A stretch of DNA of 64,000 nt from a virus (IMGVR_UViG_3300021400_001341:1-64000); one strand, 5' to 3'; shown: positions 52,779-61,445, counted from the first letter of the stretch. Notes: generated by a model not told the origin, from the sequence alone. Program-made: numbers and translations.

Positions 52779-54220
52779 TGGCATTAGACAAACTTATTGA
52801 TAGTAATCGACTTGATGCTGCATTAACGGCTACTGCAAATGCCATACGGGATAAAGACCCAAACGCTGCGGCATCCATCCCATGGGATCTTGACACAGGG
52901 TTTGCAAGTGCCATTGGTAATATCTCTACAGGCAGTGGCGCAGAAGATGAATTAATAGCAAGAACTGTCAGTACTTATGAGAATTCGACTGCAACAAATA
53001 TTGGGGAATATGCGTTTTATTCTTACAGCAGTCTTTCGACTGTAAGCTTTCCGGTTTGTACGAATATTGAGAGTAGCGCATTTTATAGCTGCACTAACCT
53101 TTTAACTGTAAATTTCCCTGCTTGTATGAGCATTGGATATAACGCATTTCAAGGATGCTTCAATCTTTTATCTGCAAGTTTTCCTGTTTGCACAAACATT
53201 GAAAGTAGCGCATTTTATAGTTGCTCCAATCTTACAGCTGCGAGTTTTCCAGCTTGTACAAATGTTGGGAGTAATGCATTTTATGGATGCTTCAATCTTA
53301 CAACTATAAATTTTCCTACTTGCACAAGTATTGGGAGTTATGCATTTTATAGTTGCTCTAATCTTTTGACTGCAAGTTTTCCAGCTTGTACAAATGTTGG
53401 AAGTTATGCGTTTGATAGGTGTGTCAATCTTACAACCATAAATTTTCCTATTTGCACGAGTGTTGGGAGTGCTGCGTTTTATGGATGCTCCAGTCTTTCA
53501 ACTGCAAGTTTTCCTGTTTGCACGAGTATTGAAAATAGTGCATTTTATAATTGCTTCAATCTTACAACTATAAGTTTTCCTGTTTGTACAAACATTAAGA
53601 GTTATGCATTTCATAGTTGCTACAGTCTTACAACTGCAAGTTTCCCTGATTGCACAAGTATTGGAGATTATGGCTTTGATAATTGTTCCAATCTTACAAC
53701 TGCGAGTTTTCCTGCTTGTACAAATATTGGGAATGCGGCATTTCGAAGTTGCAGTAATCTTACAATTGCAAGTTTCCCTGCTTGCACGAGCATTAAGAGT
53801 TATGCGTTTGACAGTTGCTACAGTCTTACAACCGCGAGTTTTCCTGCTTGCACGACCATTGGAAGTTGTGTGTTTTATGATTGCTTTAGTCTTACAGCCG
53901 TAAGTTTTCCTGTTTGCACGATCATTGGGAGTCTTGCATTTCACGAATGCTCTAATCTTTCAACTGCAAGTTTTCCAGCTTGTACAACGATTCAGAGTAG
54001 TGCATTTTTTAAGTGTTACAGACTTCTTTCGTTATATTTGATGGGATCTTCTGTTGTAAGGTTAATGAGCAGCTCTGTTTTTGTTAGCACTCCAATTTCA
54101 ACTTATACAACTTATACAAGTGGCGAATATGGAAGTATTTATGTTCCAGCATCTTTGCTTGCGGATTATAAAATAGCAACTAACTGGAGTAGATATAGCA
54201 GTCGTTTTGTAGGAATTTAA
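52778..54220 (+). CDS. BspA-type (LRR_5) leucine-rich repeat protein
   Basis: About 16 22-aa repeats FPxCTxIGxxAFxxCxxLTxxS; cap IYVPASLLADYKIATNWS. Confidence 0.9.
   Translation: MALDKLIDSNRLDAALTATANAIRDKDPNAAASIPWDLDTGFASAIGNISTGSGAEDELIARTVSTYENSTATNIGEYAFYSYSSLSTVSFPVCTNIESSAFYSCTNLLTVNFPACMSIGYNAFQGCFNLLSASFPVCTNIESSAFYSCSNLTAASFPACTNVGSNAFYGCFNLTTINFPTCTSIGSYAFYSCSNLLTASFPACTNVGSYAFDRCVNLTTINFPICTSVGSAAFYGCSSLSTASFPVCTSIENSAFYNCFNLTTISFPVCTNIKSYAFHSCYSLTTASFPDCTSIGDYGFDNCSNLTTASFPACTNIGNAAFRSCSNLTIASFPACTSIKSYAFDSCYSLTTASFPACTTIGSCVFYDCFSLTAVSFPVCTIIGSLAFHECSNLSTASFPACTTIQSSAFFKCYRLLSLYLMGSSVVRLMSSSVFVSTPISTYTTYTSGEYGSIYVPASLLADYKIATNWSRYSSRFVGI
52990..54030 (+). repeat. 66-bp coding tandem repeat array
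   Basis: 15 FPxC-anchored units. Confidence 0.85.
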
Positions 54221-54230
54221 GGAGGATTAA

Positions 54231-55205
54231 ATGAAATTACAGATTCTTATACCGCAATATAAAGAAACTGATGAAATAATTAAACAATTACTGGATAGTA
54301 TAGCCATTCAGCAAAATGTTCCATTTGATCAGATCGGAGTAATTATTTGTAACGATGGAAGCGATATATTTCTGTCAGATGAATTATTGCATAGTTATCC
54401 GTTTGTGATTGAATATCATAAAGAACCTCACCGGGGAGTATCCGCAACAAGGAACGCTTGTCTTGATTATGCCACAGCTGAATACGTTATGTTCTGTGAT
54501 GCAGATGATATGTTTTATAACGCATGTGGATTGTGGATTGTGTTTCGTGAAATGGAAACAGGATTCGATAGCCTTGTGTCTGTATTTACTGAAGAAACAC
54601 GGCATCCGGAAACAAAAGAAGTCATTTATACCAATCATGAAATGGATAGCACTTTTGTTCATGGAAAAATTCACCGGCGGCAGTATCTGATCGATAAAGG
54701 TATACGTTGGAATGATAAACTTACGATCCATGAGGACAGTTATTTTAACATTCTCTGTCAGAATCTTTCTACAAATGTAAAATACTGTCAAACTCCATAT
54801 TATCTTTGGAAATGGCGTGATGATTCTGTATGCCGACATGATCCAAAATATATCCTAAAAACTTATCGTAATTTGCTTGATTCCAACGATGCGTTAATCG
54901 ATGAATTTTTAAGCAGAGGAATTCAGGATAAAGTTATGTTTTTTACTGCATTTATGATTTTTGACGCATATTATACCATGAACAAGCCGGAATGGATCGA
55001 TCAGGAAAATCAGGAATATCGAAACAGTACAGAAAAGCATTTCGCCGTGTGGTATAAAAAGCATGAAGATATTTGGGAAAGCGTTCCGATCAACGACAAG
55101 ATGATGATCAGTAATCAAGTCCGAAGCAGATCCGTAATGGAAGGAATGCGAATGGAAGCTGTAACTATTAATGCGTGGCTTAAACATATTAAGGAAATGA
55201 ATTAA
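54231..55205 (+). CDS. glycosyltransferase family 2
   Basis: ILIPQYK, IICNDGS, GVSATRNACL, YVMFCDADD (DxD), HEDSYF motifs. Confidence 0.92.
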   Translation: MKLQILIPQYKETDEIIKQLLDSIAIQQNVPFDQIGVIICNDGSDIFLSDELLHSYPFVIEYHKEPHRGVSATRNACLDYATAEYVMFCDADDMFYNACGLWIVFREMETGFDSLVSVFTEETRHPETKEVIYTNHEMDSTFVHGKIHRRQYLIDKGIRWNDKLTIHEDSYFNILCQNLSTNVKYCQTPYYLWKWRDDSVCRHDPKYILKTYRNLLDSNDALIDEFLSRGIQDKVMFFTAFMIFDAYYTMNKPEWIDQENQEYRNSTEKHFAVWYKKHEDIWESVPINDKMMISNQVRSRSVMEGMRMEAVTINAWLKHIKEMN

Positions 55206-55234
55206 AGAACACTTTCTAAAGGTGGTGATGTGAA

Positions 55235-55384
55235 ATGATTGGAGAAGGAGTGTCTCCGCTTACGATAGATAGTCCCGACGCGGACTGCCCTGCACAAGCG
55301 TTTGCGTGTAATTGGTGTCCGTTTAGGGACTACTGCGAAAAGAAACTTAAAGAACACTTTAAGTGTATATCAGTGTGTATCTGA
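55235..55384 (+). CDS. small Cys-rich peptide (49 aa)
   Basis: RBS AAGGTGGTG; MIGEG...CPAQAFACNWCPFRDYC. Confidence 0.5.
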   Translation: MIGEGVSPLTIDSPDADCPAQAFACNWCPFRDYCEKKLKEHFKCISVCI

Positions 55385-55442
55385 ACACACGCCGGGAGAG
55401 ATGCCAGTATCGTTCCCGGTTTCCTTTTGAGGTGGTGAAACG

Positions 55443-55535
55443 ATGATATCCGCATGGTGGCTAATCCCGGCGGTGATGATCGGTGCTTCTGTTGGAATCC
55501 TGCTTGTTGCACTGATCACAGCTAACAAGGAATGA
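55443..55535 (+). CDS. small single-pass membrane peptide (30 aa)
   Basis: RBS GAGGTGG; MISAWWLIPAVMIGASVGILLVALITANKE; degenerate paralogue at 45513. Confidence 0.65.
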   Translation: MISAWWLIPAVMIGASVGILLVALITANKE

Positions 55536-55627
55536 CAACGAGCAATGTCGGTTTGCCAGATTAAAAAAGCGATGGCTGGCTGTAATTGGGGCGTACTCCA
55601 TCCGATTTAAGAACACTAAGGAATGAT

Positions 55628-55855
55628 ATGTTTATAGTTATAAACGCCAAAACAAATCATATAACAAATCTCTTTTCAGAAGAGAGTACTAACTCAGAAC
55701 TTGTTATATAAATTAATCCAGACGCAACAGACAATCTTAATTTTGAGAACAACAGCGAGTCTATTATAGATAAAGATAGTGATTTGACGATTAGTATCCC
55801 TCGGGATTGTGCTTGCGCTTTATGCAACGCGCTGAAGTTCTCACTCAATATTTAA
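55628..55855 (+). pseudogene. small gene interrupted by in-frame TAA
   Basis: RBS AAGGA plus ATG; 76-codon frame with one stop at 55709. Confidence 0.45.
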
Positions 55856-55871
55856 AAAGGAGTGATTCCCC

Positions 55872-56453
55872 GTGGGAGAAGTTACCAAAGTTGTCGGTCA
55901 ATGGATCGCCGACAACGTACCTTGGGCTGTACTTATCTGCGTATTTATCTTTTGTCTTTTCTTTGAGATTTCCAAAATCAAAGTCTATCCGTTAAGGTGG
56001 CTCTGGAAAGCAATTTCCTGGCCATTCCGAAAAATTGACGAACAGAGAACAGGGTCGTTTAAGAACCTTGTAGCTGAACTGAAAACTGACATCGATAAAA
56101 AAATGAGAGAAATGCGCGAAGACAGTGTGTCAAACTGTGCGTCTGTCAAAGCGTGTTTCGTTGAGTTAGAAAAGCGTTTCGACAAACTTGACGATAAGCA
56201 AGTGGAAACAGAAGAGCGGCTTGATATGCTTGCAGCCGCACGTATCAAGAATCATGTTTTGAATTTTGCCAGGCAATGCCGAAAAAATGAACATCATTCT
56301 CATGAGGATTTTGCCAATCTTTTCAAAGAGAATAAAGATTATGAAAAGCTAGTCCGTAAATATGGCTGGGATAACGACGTTTATAAACATGATTTTGCTT
56401 ACATTAAACGCGTTTACGATGAGTGTAACGACAGAGGCGAATTCTTGGAATGA
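55872..56453 (+). CDS. membrane protein of the lysis module (holin/anti-holin-like)
   Basis: N-terminal transmembrane helix, EISKIKVYPLRW, coiled coil, C-terminal YDECNDRGEFL. Confidence 0.6.
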   Translation: MGEVTKVVGQWIADNVPWAVLICVFIFCLFFEISKIKVYPLRWLWKAISWPFRKIDEQRTGSFKNLVAELKTDIDKKMREMREDSVSNCASVKACFVELEKRFDKLDDKQVETEERLDMLAAARIKNHVLNFARQCRKNEHHSHEDFANLFKENKDYEKLVRKYGWDNDVYKHDFAYIKRVYDECNDRGEFLE

Positions 56454-56462
56454 GGTGATCGC

Positions 56463-56804
56463 ATGACTAATTGTCGGATTGATCCGAGAAAACAGTTTAG
56501 CAAGCGATTAGCCAGATGGACCGCTATATTTTGGTTTTTCTATATGACGTGGCTTTCGGTGATCATGATTATCTCGCCAACAGCCGCGCTTTATTCTGTT
56601 TACATGGGGATTATTGTAACGGCCGTAATGATTCTAAATGTATGGGCTTATACAAGAAACAGCATCTACGAGAAGAGCGTGTTCGCTATGCTGGATAAAA
56701 CAAAGCTAGAACTCAGTTTAAAGGATTCTGCAGAGACCAATGTTGGCACACGCACAAACAACGAAGAAGAAGAACAATCAGACGAAGAAGGTGGTAACGG
56801 ATGA
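56463..56804 (+). CDS. two-TM holin-like protein
   Basis: KQFSKR followed by two hydrophobic helices and an acidic tail; coupled to the lysin gene. Confidence 0.6.
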   Translation: MTNCRIDPRKQFSKRLARWTAIFWFFYMTWLSVIMIISPTAALYSVYMGIIVTAVMILNVWAYTRNSIYEKSVFAMLDKTKLELSLKDSAETNVGTRTNNEEEEQSDEEGGNG

Positions 56805-57526
56805 CTTATCCTGAAGTTGTTAGAAGATTTCTGGAAAAAGTGCTTGCTATCTTTAATTCCAACCCGAAGCGTCGTGAACCTGGCGATGGATCAGACGGGT
56901 ATTGTGACTGTATTGGATTAATTATTGGGGCCATTCGTAGAATGGGCCTTAAATGGACAGGCATTCATGGCTCAAACTGGGCCGCCAGAAAAGAGATTGT
57001 TGGTCTTGAAAAGTGTACAAGCGTTAATCAGCTTGAACTTGGAGACATTATTCTCAAAGGGTGCAGCCAGGGAACAAAAGGCTGGGCTTTGCCTTCGAGA
57101 TATAAAAAAGGCGGCAAATATTACAATGGCGATCTTACTGATTATTATCATGCCGGCGTTGTATATAGCCTTAATCCATTTCAAATCAGACACATGTCCA
57201 GCAGAATGACCGTTGATACGAAGCTTGGTAATTGGAATTATCACGGCAAATCTAGGCAGCTTGTAAACGCAGCAACAGAAGTTATGCCTACTCCTATTCC
57301 TACTTCTGGCACACAGGCTGTTCTCGTGGCTCCTTCCGGCAGAACAGTTAATCTTCGTAGAACTCCCAGTCTTAAAGGAGCTCTAATTAAACAAATTCCT
57401 CTTGGTACTATAATTAACATCATTTCTCCCGGTGAGGAATGGTGCAAGGTTTCCTATTCTAAATGGACTGGTTATATGATGGCTAAATTCCTCGATATTG
57501 TTGGAGACGGAAAAGGTAATTATTGA
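56801..57526 (+). CDS. endolysin, NlpC/P60-like peptidase with SH3b
   Basis: CDCIGLI and YYHAGVV catalytic motifs; VNLRRTPS...WCKVSY...GYM SH3. Confidence 0.8.
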   Translation: MTYPEVVRRFLEKVLAIFNSNPKRREPGDGSDGYCDCIGLIIGAIRRMGLKWTGIHGSNWAARKEIVGLEKCTSVNQLELGDIILKGCSQGTKGWALPSRYKKGGKYYNGDLTDYYHAGVVYSLNPFQIRHMSSRMTVDTKLGNWNYHGKSRQLVNAATEVMPTPIPTSGTQAVLVAPSGRTVNLRRTPSLKGALIKQIPLGTIINIISPGEEWCKVSYSKWTGYMMAKFLDIVGDGKGNY

Positions 57527-57540
57527 AAGGAGATTTTTTT

Positions 57541-57870
57541 ATGACTATCGATTTAACTCAAATTATTTTAGCTGTTATCACTCTTTTATTTGGTTTGCTC
57601 ATGAGGTATGTTATCCCGAATGTTAAAGCTAAGACCACTACTGATCAGATGGAGTTGATTCGAGCCGCTGTGAAAACTGCTGTATATGCAGTTGAACAGC
57701 TTTATAAGTCTAAGCCCGGACAGGAAAAGAAGCAGCTTGTAATCGACTTCTTAAAAGAACAGGGCTATATTGTCGACGATGAAAAAATTGAAACAAGCAT
57801 TTCGTTCATGATTGAAGAGATTGTTAAAGAGCTTAACATCGAACAAAAAGAACATACGGAGCAGAAATAA
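57541..57870 (+). CDS. holin (LL-H family-like)
   Basis: MTIDLTQIILAVITLL...YVIP...AVYAVEQ...GQEKK. Confidence 0.8.
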   Translation: MTIDLTQIILAVITLLFGLLMRYVIPNVKAKTTTDQMELIRAAVKTAVYAVEQLYKSKPGQEKKQLVIDFLKEQGYIVDDEKIETSISFMIEEIVKELNIEQKEHTEQK

Positions 57871-58556
57871 TGAGTGAGAAGATTATTTGGGATTATCTGA
57901 TGAGTAAGATCGGCAACCCTTATGGGGTTGCCGGTCTGATGGGAAATCTTTATGTCGAAAGCAGGTTAAGCTCAACCTGTTTACAGAGCTCATATGCTAA
58001 GAAACTTGGTATGACAGGCGACGAATACACGAGAAAAGTTGACGACAAGTCTTACGCAAATTTCGTGAATGACGCTGCTGGATATGGGCTAGCTCAATGG
58101 ACTCATTCCAGTCGTAAACAGTTGCTGTTAAACTTCGCTCAGCAAAGAGGATCTTCTATCGGAGATCTGAACATGCAGCTGGACTATCTTTGGCAGGAGA
58201 TTCAGACGTATACGACAGTTATCAACACTCTGAAGTCTGCTAAAAGCGTAAGAGAGGCTTCTGACATTGTCGTTAAAAGGTATGAAAAGCCTAAACATCA
58301 GGAAGAATCATATCTGAAAAACAGGGCAGATTTTGGTCAGAAGTATTACGCGAAGTTCACGGCAAAAGGAAAGTTGGTTCATCCAACTACAGACAGAGTG
58401 AATGTTCGAGTTGGCAACGGCCTGAAATATCGTAGGATTTTACAAGCTAATAAAATTGATTCCTTTGAATATGTCGGCACTATCGGCAACTGGCACGCAA
58501 TCGTCGTTAATGATCAAGTCGGATGGATCAGCGCTGACTTTACTAAGGTGGAATAA
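57870..58556 (+). CDS. lysin, phage tail lysozyme (Phage_lysozyme2) with SH3b
   Basis: GVAGLMGNLYVES, GYGLAQWT, QLDYLWQE, YEKP; C-terminal SH3. Confidence 0.85.
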   Translation: MSEKIIWDYLMSKIGNPYGVAGLMGNLYVESRLSSTCLQSSYAKKLGMTGDEYTRKVDDKSYANFVNDAAGYGLAQWTHSSRKQLLLNFAQQRGSSIGDLNMQLDYLWQEIQTYTTVINTLKSAKSVREASDIVVKRYEKPKHQEESYLKNRADFGQKYYAKFTAKGKLVHPTTDRVNVRVGNGLKYRRILQANKIDSFEYVGTIGNWHAIVVNDQVGWISADFTKVE

Positions 58557-58597
58557 AAAAGGGGTGACCTCTCTTCTGAGGTCACCCCAATTTTTTT
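58555..58597. terminator. bidirectional terminator ending the late operon
   Basis: A6-GGGGTGACCTC/GAGGTCACCCC-AA-T7; second hairpin at 58605-58638. Confidence 0.9.
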
Positions 58598-58660
58598 CGC
58601 AATCGGAACTGCTCCGCCTTTTAATGGCGGAGCGTTCCTCTTATCAACCGGCACAAAATC

Positions 58661-58927
58661 TTACTTAACAGCTTTCTTAAACGCTTTGCCCGGCTTAAAC
58701 GCGGGCACATTATGAGCGGCAATCTTCAGTGTCGCTCCGGTCTGCGGATTTCTGGCGTCACGAGCAGCCCTCTCACGGGCTTCAAACGTGCCAAACCCAA
58801 CCAGCTGTACGTTGTCTCCATTCGCTACAGCTTCCTTGACGGTTTCAATAAATGCGTTCAGAACTTTCTCGGCTTTCTTTTCGCCAGACTTTTCGATAAG
58901 CTTTTCAACCAATTCCTTCTTGTTCAT
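58661..58927 (-). CDS. hup: HU family DNA-binding protein
   Basis: MNKKELV...[22 protein letters not shown]...[11 protein letters not shown]. Confidence 0.95.
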   Translation of the reverse strand: MNKKELVEKLIEKSGEKKAEKVLNAFIETVKEAVANGDNVQLVGFGTFEARERAARDARNPQTGATLKIAAHNVPAFKPGKAFKKAVK

Positions 58928-59120
58928 TTCCTTCTATCCTTTCGTTGTCGTTGCCGGTTGATCTATTCAAAGGACACGATTCCGTGTCTCTGAATAACGC
59001 CATTGAAAACAGGCCTTCATGCGACAGCCTGTTAATAATGTTACGTTCGCAGGACATGTTGCTGCATTCGTTTCCGCACCAGGTTATATCATCATGAATC
59101 CAGCCACTCAAACTTGTCAT
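58905..59120 (-). CDS. small Cys-containing hypothetical protein
   Basis: DDITWC...C....CERN...CP; overlaps both neighbours. Confidence 0.5.
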   Translation of the reverse strand: MTSLSGWIHDDITWCGNECSNMSCERNIINRLSHEGLFSMALFRDTESCPLNRSTGNDNERIEGNEQEGIG

Positions 59121-59490
59121 AATCGCACATCTCCAGTTTGCCATTCTTTAACACATACCACACGCAATACGAATCAACATCTTCAATAATGTCGCGTTCT
59201 GTAAATTTGAGCCGATGTTTCATGAAAGATTGTGTAACAGCGGATGCTACCAGCTGTTTGAATCTTTTTGATTCATCTAAGTCTGCCATATAACTCATGG
59301 CTATCTTTCGTATTGTCGTTTTGTCTTTTTTCACAGTTGGAATTATGTGGACGTTGCCACATCCTTTGCATTGATTCATATCGTAAGGATCGAAATAACC
59401 GCATTCATAAACTTCATCGCAGAACGGGCATTTAAAGACGGGCTTGTGTGCTTTGCTCCATTTGGCCGGCACTCTGATCCAGTCAGACAT
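59092..59490 (-). CDS. Zn-ribbon hypothetical protein
   Basis: CPFC...CKGC. Confidence 0.65.
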   Translation of the reverse strand: MSDWIRVPAKWSKAHKPVFKCPFCDEVYECGYFDPYDMNQCKGCGNVHIIPTVKKDKTTIRKIAMSYMADLDESKRFKQLVASAVTQSFMKHRLKFTERDIIEDVDSYCVWYVLKNGKLEMCDYDKFEWLDS

Positions 59491-59746
59491 ATGGATCTTC
59501 CTTCCATGGTGTATTGTTCATTTCTTTTTCAGTTGGCATTTCGTTCCACACCCTATAGTTCCAGTTATAGTCCGGACATTCGTCTTCGTCACACTCTTCC
59601 ATAAGAAGATAATGTTTTCCGTTAGTAAAATCTAGTCCATTGAATTGTAATGTATAGATTTTATGTTTAAGATGCCGCACTTCTTCAAATACAAACTGTT
59701 TAGGCTGAACCGTTTTCAGCTCTTTGTATGTCATAACATGCGCCAT
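59483..59746 (-). CDS. hypothetical protein
   Basis: RBS GGAG; YNWNYRVWNEMPT...PW. Confidence 0.65.
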   Translation of the reverse strand: MAHVMTYKELKTVQPKQFVFEEVRHLKHKIYTLQFNGLDFTNGKHYLLMEECDEDECPDYNWNYRVWNEMPTEKEMNNTPWKEDPYV

Positions 59747-59765
59747 AGCGTGTCATCTCCCTTGT

Positions 59766-60053
59766 TTATGCGCCATCAGCACAGTAATGGTTTTCCGGTC
59801 TTGCAAACCTATGTAGGTTGCACCAAACCATTCTTTTATCTAAAATCTCTTTATTACAATATTTACAATCTTTGCATTTTATAATCTCTTTTAACGGACA
59901 CCAGTTCGGTCGCTGCTCAGTCATCCAGATTTTATCTTGGTAATACATATACCGGCCATCCGGCAGACATCTAAAACAGTCTTTACCGTTATATACTTTC
60001 AGAAAGTTGCATTCCGCACAGCACTTTGGCATTTCCATGTTTATTTGAATCAC
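59766..60053 (-). CDS. small Cys-rich phage protein
   Basis: GTG start; MPKCCAEC...RPNWCPLKE + CKDCKY...YCADG. Confidence 0.6.
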   Translation of the reverse strand: MIQINMEMPKCCAECNFLKVYNGKDCFRCLPDGRYMYYQDKIWMTEQRPNWCPLKEIIKCKDCKYCNKEILDKRMVWCNLHRFARPENHYCADGA

Positions 60054-60060
60054 TTTTGTT

Positions 60061-60300
60061 TCACCGTCTTTCTCCGTCGGCACAATACCAGTCAGCGATT
60101 GTGAATATATGATTTATTGCGCAGTGTCCATTGTGCTCTTTGTTCCAGTATTTGCATTTCAGGCACCTGACAATCGCTTCTTGCTTTTTCAGCAGGGCGT
60201 TAATCGCCATGTTCAATGCTTTTCGATATTGTCCGCTCAGGTAGTCGTGGTGAATTTTCATGTCGTTGCGGATCATTTCAGCTGCTTCATTGTTTGTTAT
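60061..60300 (-). CDS. small Cys-rich phage protein (start uncertain)
   Basis: ALNMAINALLKKQEAIVRCLKCKYW...WYCADGERR. Confidence 0.55.
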   Translation of the reverse strand: MTNNEAAEMIRNDMKIHHDYLSGQYRKALNMAINALLKKQEAIVRCLKCKYWNKEHNGHCAINHIFTIADWYCADGERR

Positions 60301-60307
60301 TCCAATT

Positions 60308-60523
60308 TCACCAGTCTTCCTGCTTTCTGTTGTCGTAATGAAGAGCAATAGGCATTTCAATACCGTCAAATATTTCTCCGCAGTTAGGACAGCTAAATGG
60401 TACAATTGTTTCCTTACTGATAAATTTCGAACCATGCTTTTCTATGTCTTTTGAGTAGTTAATGACACTAAATATTTGATTGCCACATTTACTGCATATT
60501 GGCTTGAAATGTATTTTTGGCAT
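60308..60523 (-). CDS. Zn-ribbon hypothetical protein
   Basis: CSKC...CPNC. Confidence 0.55.
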   Translation of the reverse strand: MPKIHFKPICSKCGNQIFSVINYSKDIEKHGSKFISKETIVPFSCPNCGEIFDGIEMPIALHYDNRKQEDW

Positions 60524-60626
60524 TTTCAATCTTCTCATCGTTGCTTGATTCTTTTCTGTGTTGGCAAAACAGAGAACATCCACAGCATGGCAATCCGGTT
60601 ACTCCGCACACATATTCATTGAACAT
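60489..60626 (-). CDS. small Cys-rich peptide (45 aa)
   Basis: RBS AAAGGTG; MFNEYVCGVTGLPCCGCSLFC. Confidence 0.45.
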   Translation of the reverse strand: MFNEYVCGVTGLPCCGCSLFCQHRKESSNDEKIENAKNTFQANMQ

Positions 60627-60638
60627 TTTACTCACCTT

Positions 60639-60839
60639 TTACTTCGTAATACAGTAATTTTCTTCTTCAATCATTTCTATATAACGATTCCCATCCTCAA
60701 TAAGTTCCTGCTCAAGTTTATTTGATTCAGCTATATCCTGTTGCAAGCCTTTTCCGTAGCAATCATTCAAATCTCCAAACAAATTAGTTCCACCGACCTT
60801 TCTATACATCCTTAAACATTCTGCTGAGCAATGTATCAT
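60639..60839 (-). CDS. hypothetical protein
   Basis: 66-aa ORF; RBS and start lie inside a palindrome. Confidence 0.45.
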   Translation of the reverse strand: MIHCSAECLRMYRKVGGTNLFGDLNDCYGKGLQQDIAESNKLEQELIEDGNRYIEMIEEENYCITK

Positions 60840-61033
60840 TTTCGTGACCTCACGAAAATGTTCAGCAATGGTACGAGGTTGGGCATAGGCCCATTCCCAT
60901 GCCCGTATCCTCTATCACACAGGTGGTTTTCAGTAGCCGGATATACTTTCACCCTTTATCACCGGACTGACCATCCGTTACTTCATAATACAGCAATTTT
61001 AAACAACACGGTTACCGATATATGTTAATACTA

Positions 61034-61085
61034 TGGACAGCACCGGAGTCGAACCGGTCCACCGTAAGTCACCTCTACGCCGCCC
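61034..61085 (-). ncRNA. minimal tRNA-like element (acceptor stem and T arm)
   Basis: GGGCGGC/GCTGTCC-A acceptor, ACCGG-TTCGACT-CCGGT T arm, only 20 nt between. Confidence 0.5.
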
Positions 61086-61128
61086 GATAATATCCGGCAT
61101 ATATCAGCTAAATTATGTGTTCTTTAAG

Positions 61129-61269
61129 TTACTTCCATGCTCTGTTTCCGATTACAGCCTGTGCTTCTTCATAGCATAAGTGATTGAACCATTTCCATTG
61201 ACTAAATGTTTGATTAATACGCTTATGTCGAATGATAAAACGCAAGATGTTTCTAATAAATCGATGCAT
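61129..61269 (-). CDS. small hypothetical protein (46 aa)
   Basis: Start MHRFIR behind RBS GAGGGG; bounded by TTAAAGAACAC repeats. Confidence 0.6.
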   Translation of the reverse strand: MHRFIRNILRFIIRHKRINQTFSQWKWFNHLCYEEAQAVIGNRAWK

Positions 61270-61291
61270 CGTTTCCCCTCGTTTGTGTTCT

Positions 61292-61417
61292 TTAATCCGT
61301 TTCATCTGCGGCCTTATTTTGCTTTTCCCTTGTGGCTTCGCAAATATAAGGCGGCTCACAGATTTCCCAGTACGGGCAATCATGGCAAATTGGCCACATA
61401 TCATCAATGTTATTCAT
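61292..61417 (-). CDS. small Cys-rich peptide (41 aa)
   Basis: RBS GGAG; MNNIDDMWPICHDCPYWEICEPPYIC; bounded by TTAAAGAACAC repeats. Confidence 0.6.
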   Translation of the reverse strand: MNNIDDMWPICHDCPYWEICEPPYICEATREKQNKAADETD

Positions 61418-61445
61418 TATTACTCCATGTGTTCTTTAACTAATA

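Noticed and set aside
52990-54030. Tandem repeat array as CRISPR or DGR target
   Set aside because: Repeats are in-frame coding LRR units with no unique spacers; no reverse transcriptase or template/variable repeat pair seen in the window
1601-58556. Genome-wide TAG-to-Gln recoding (code 15)
   Set aside because: Structural and lysis genes are intact under the standard code; in-frame TAGs occur only in a small degraded patch
55202-61439. TTAAAGAACAC repeats as CRISPR repeats
   Set aside because: Only 11 bp, with 130-250 bp intervals that contain genes; no cas genes
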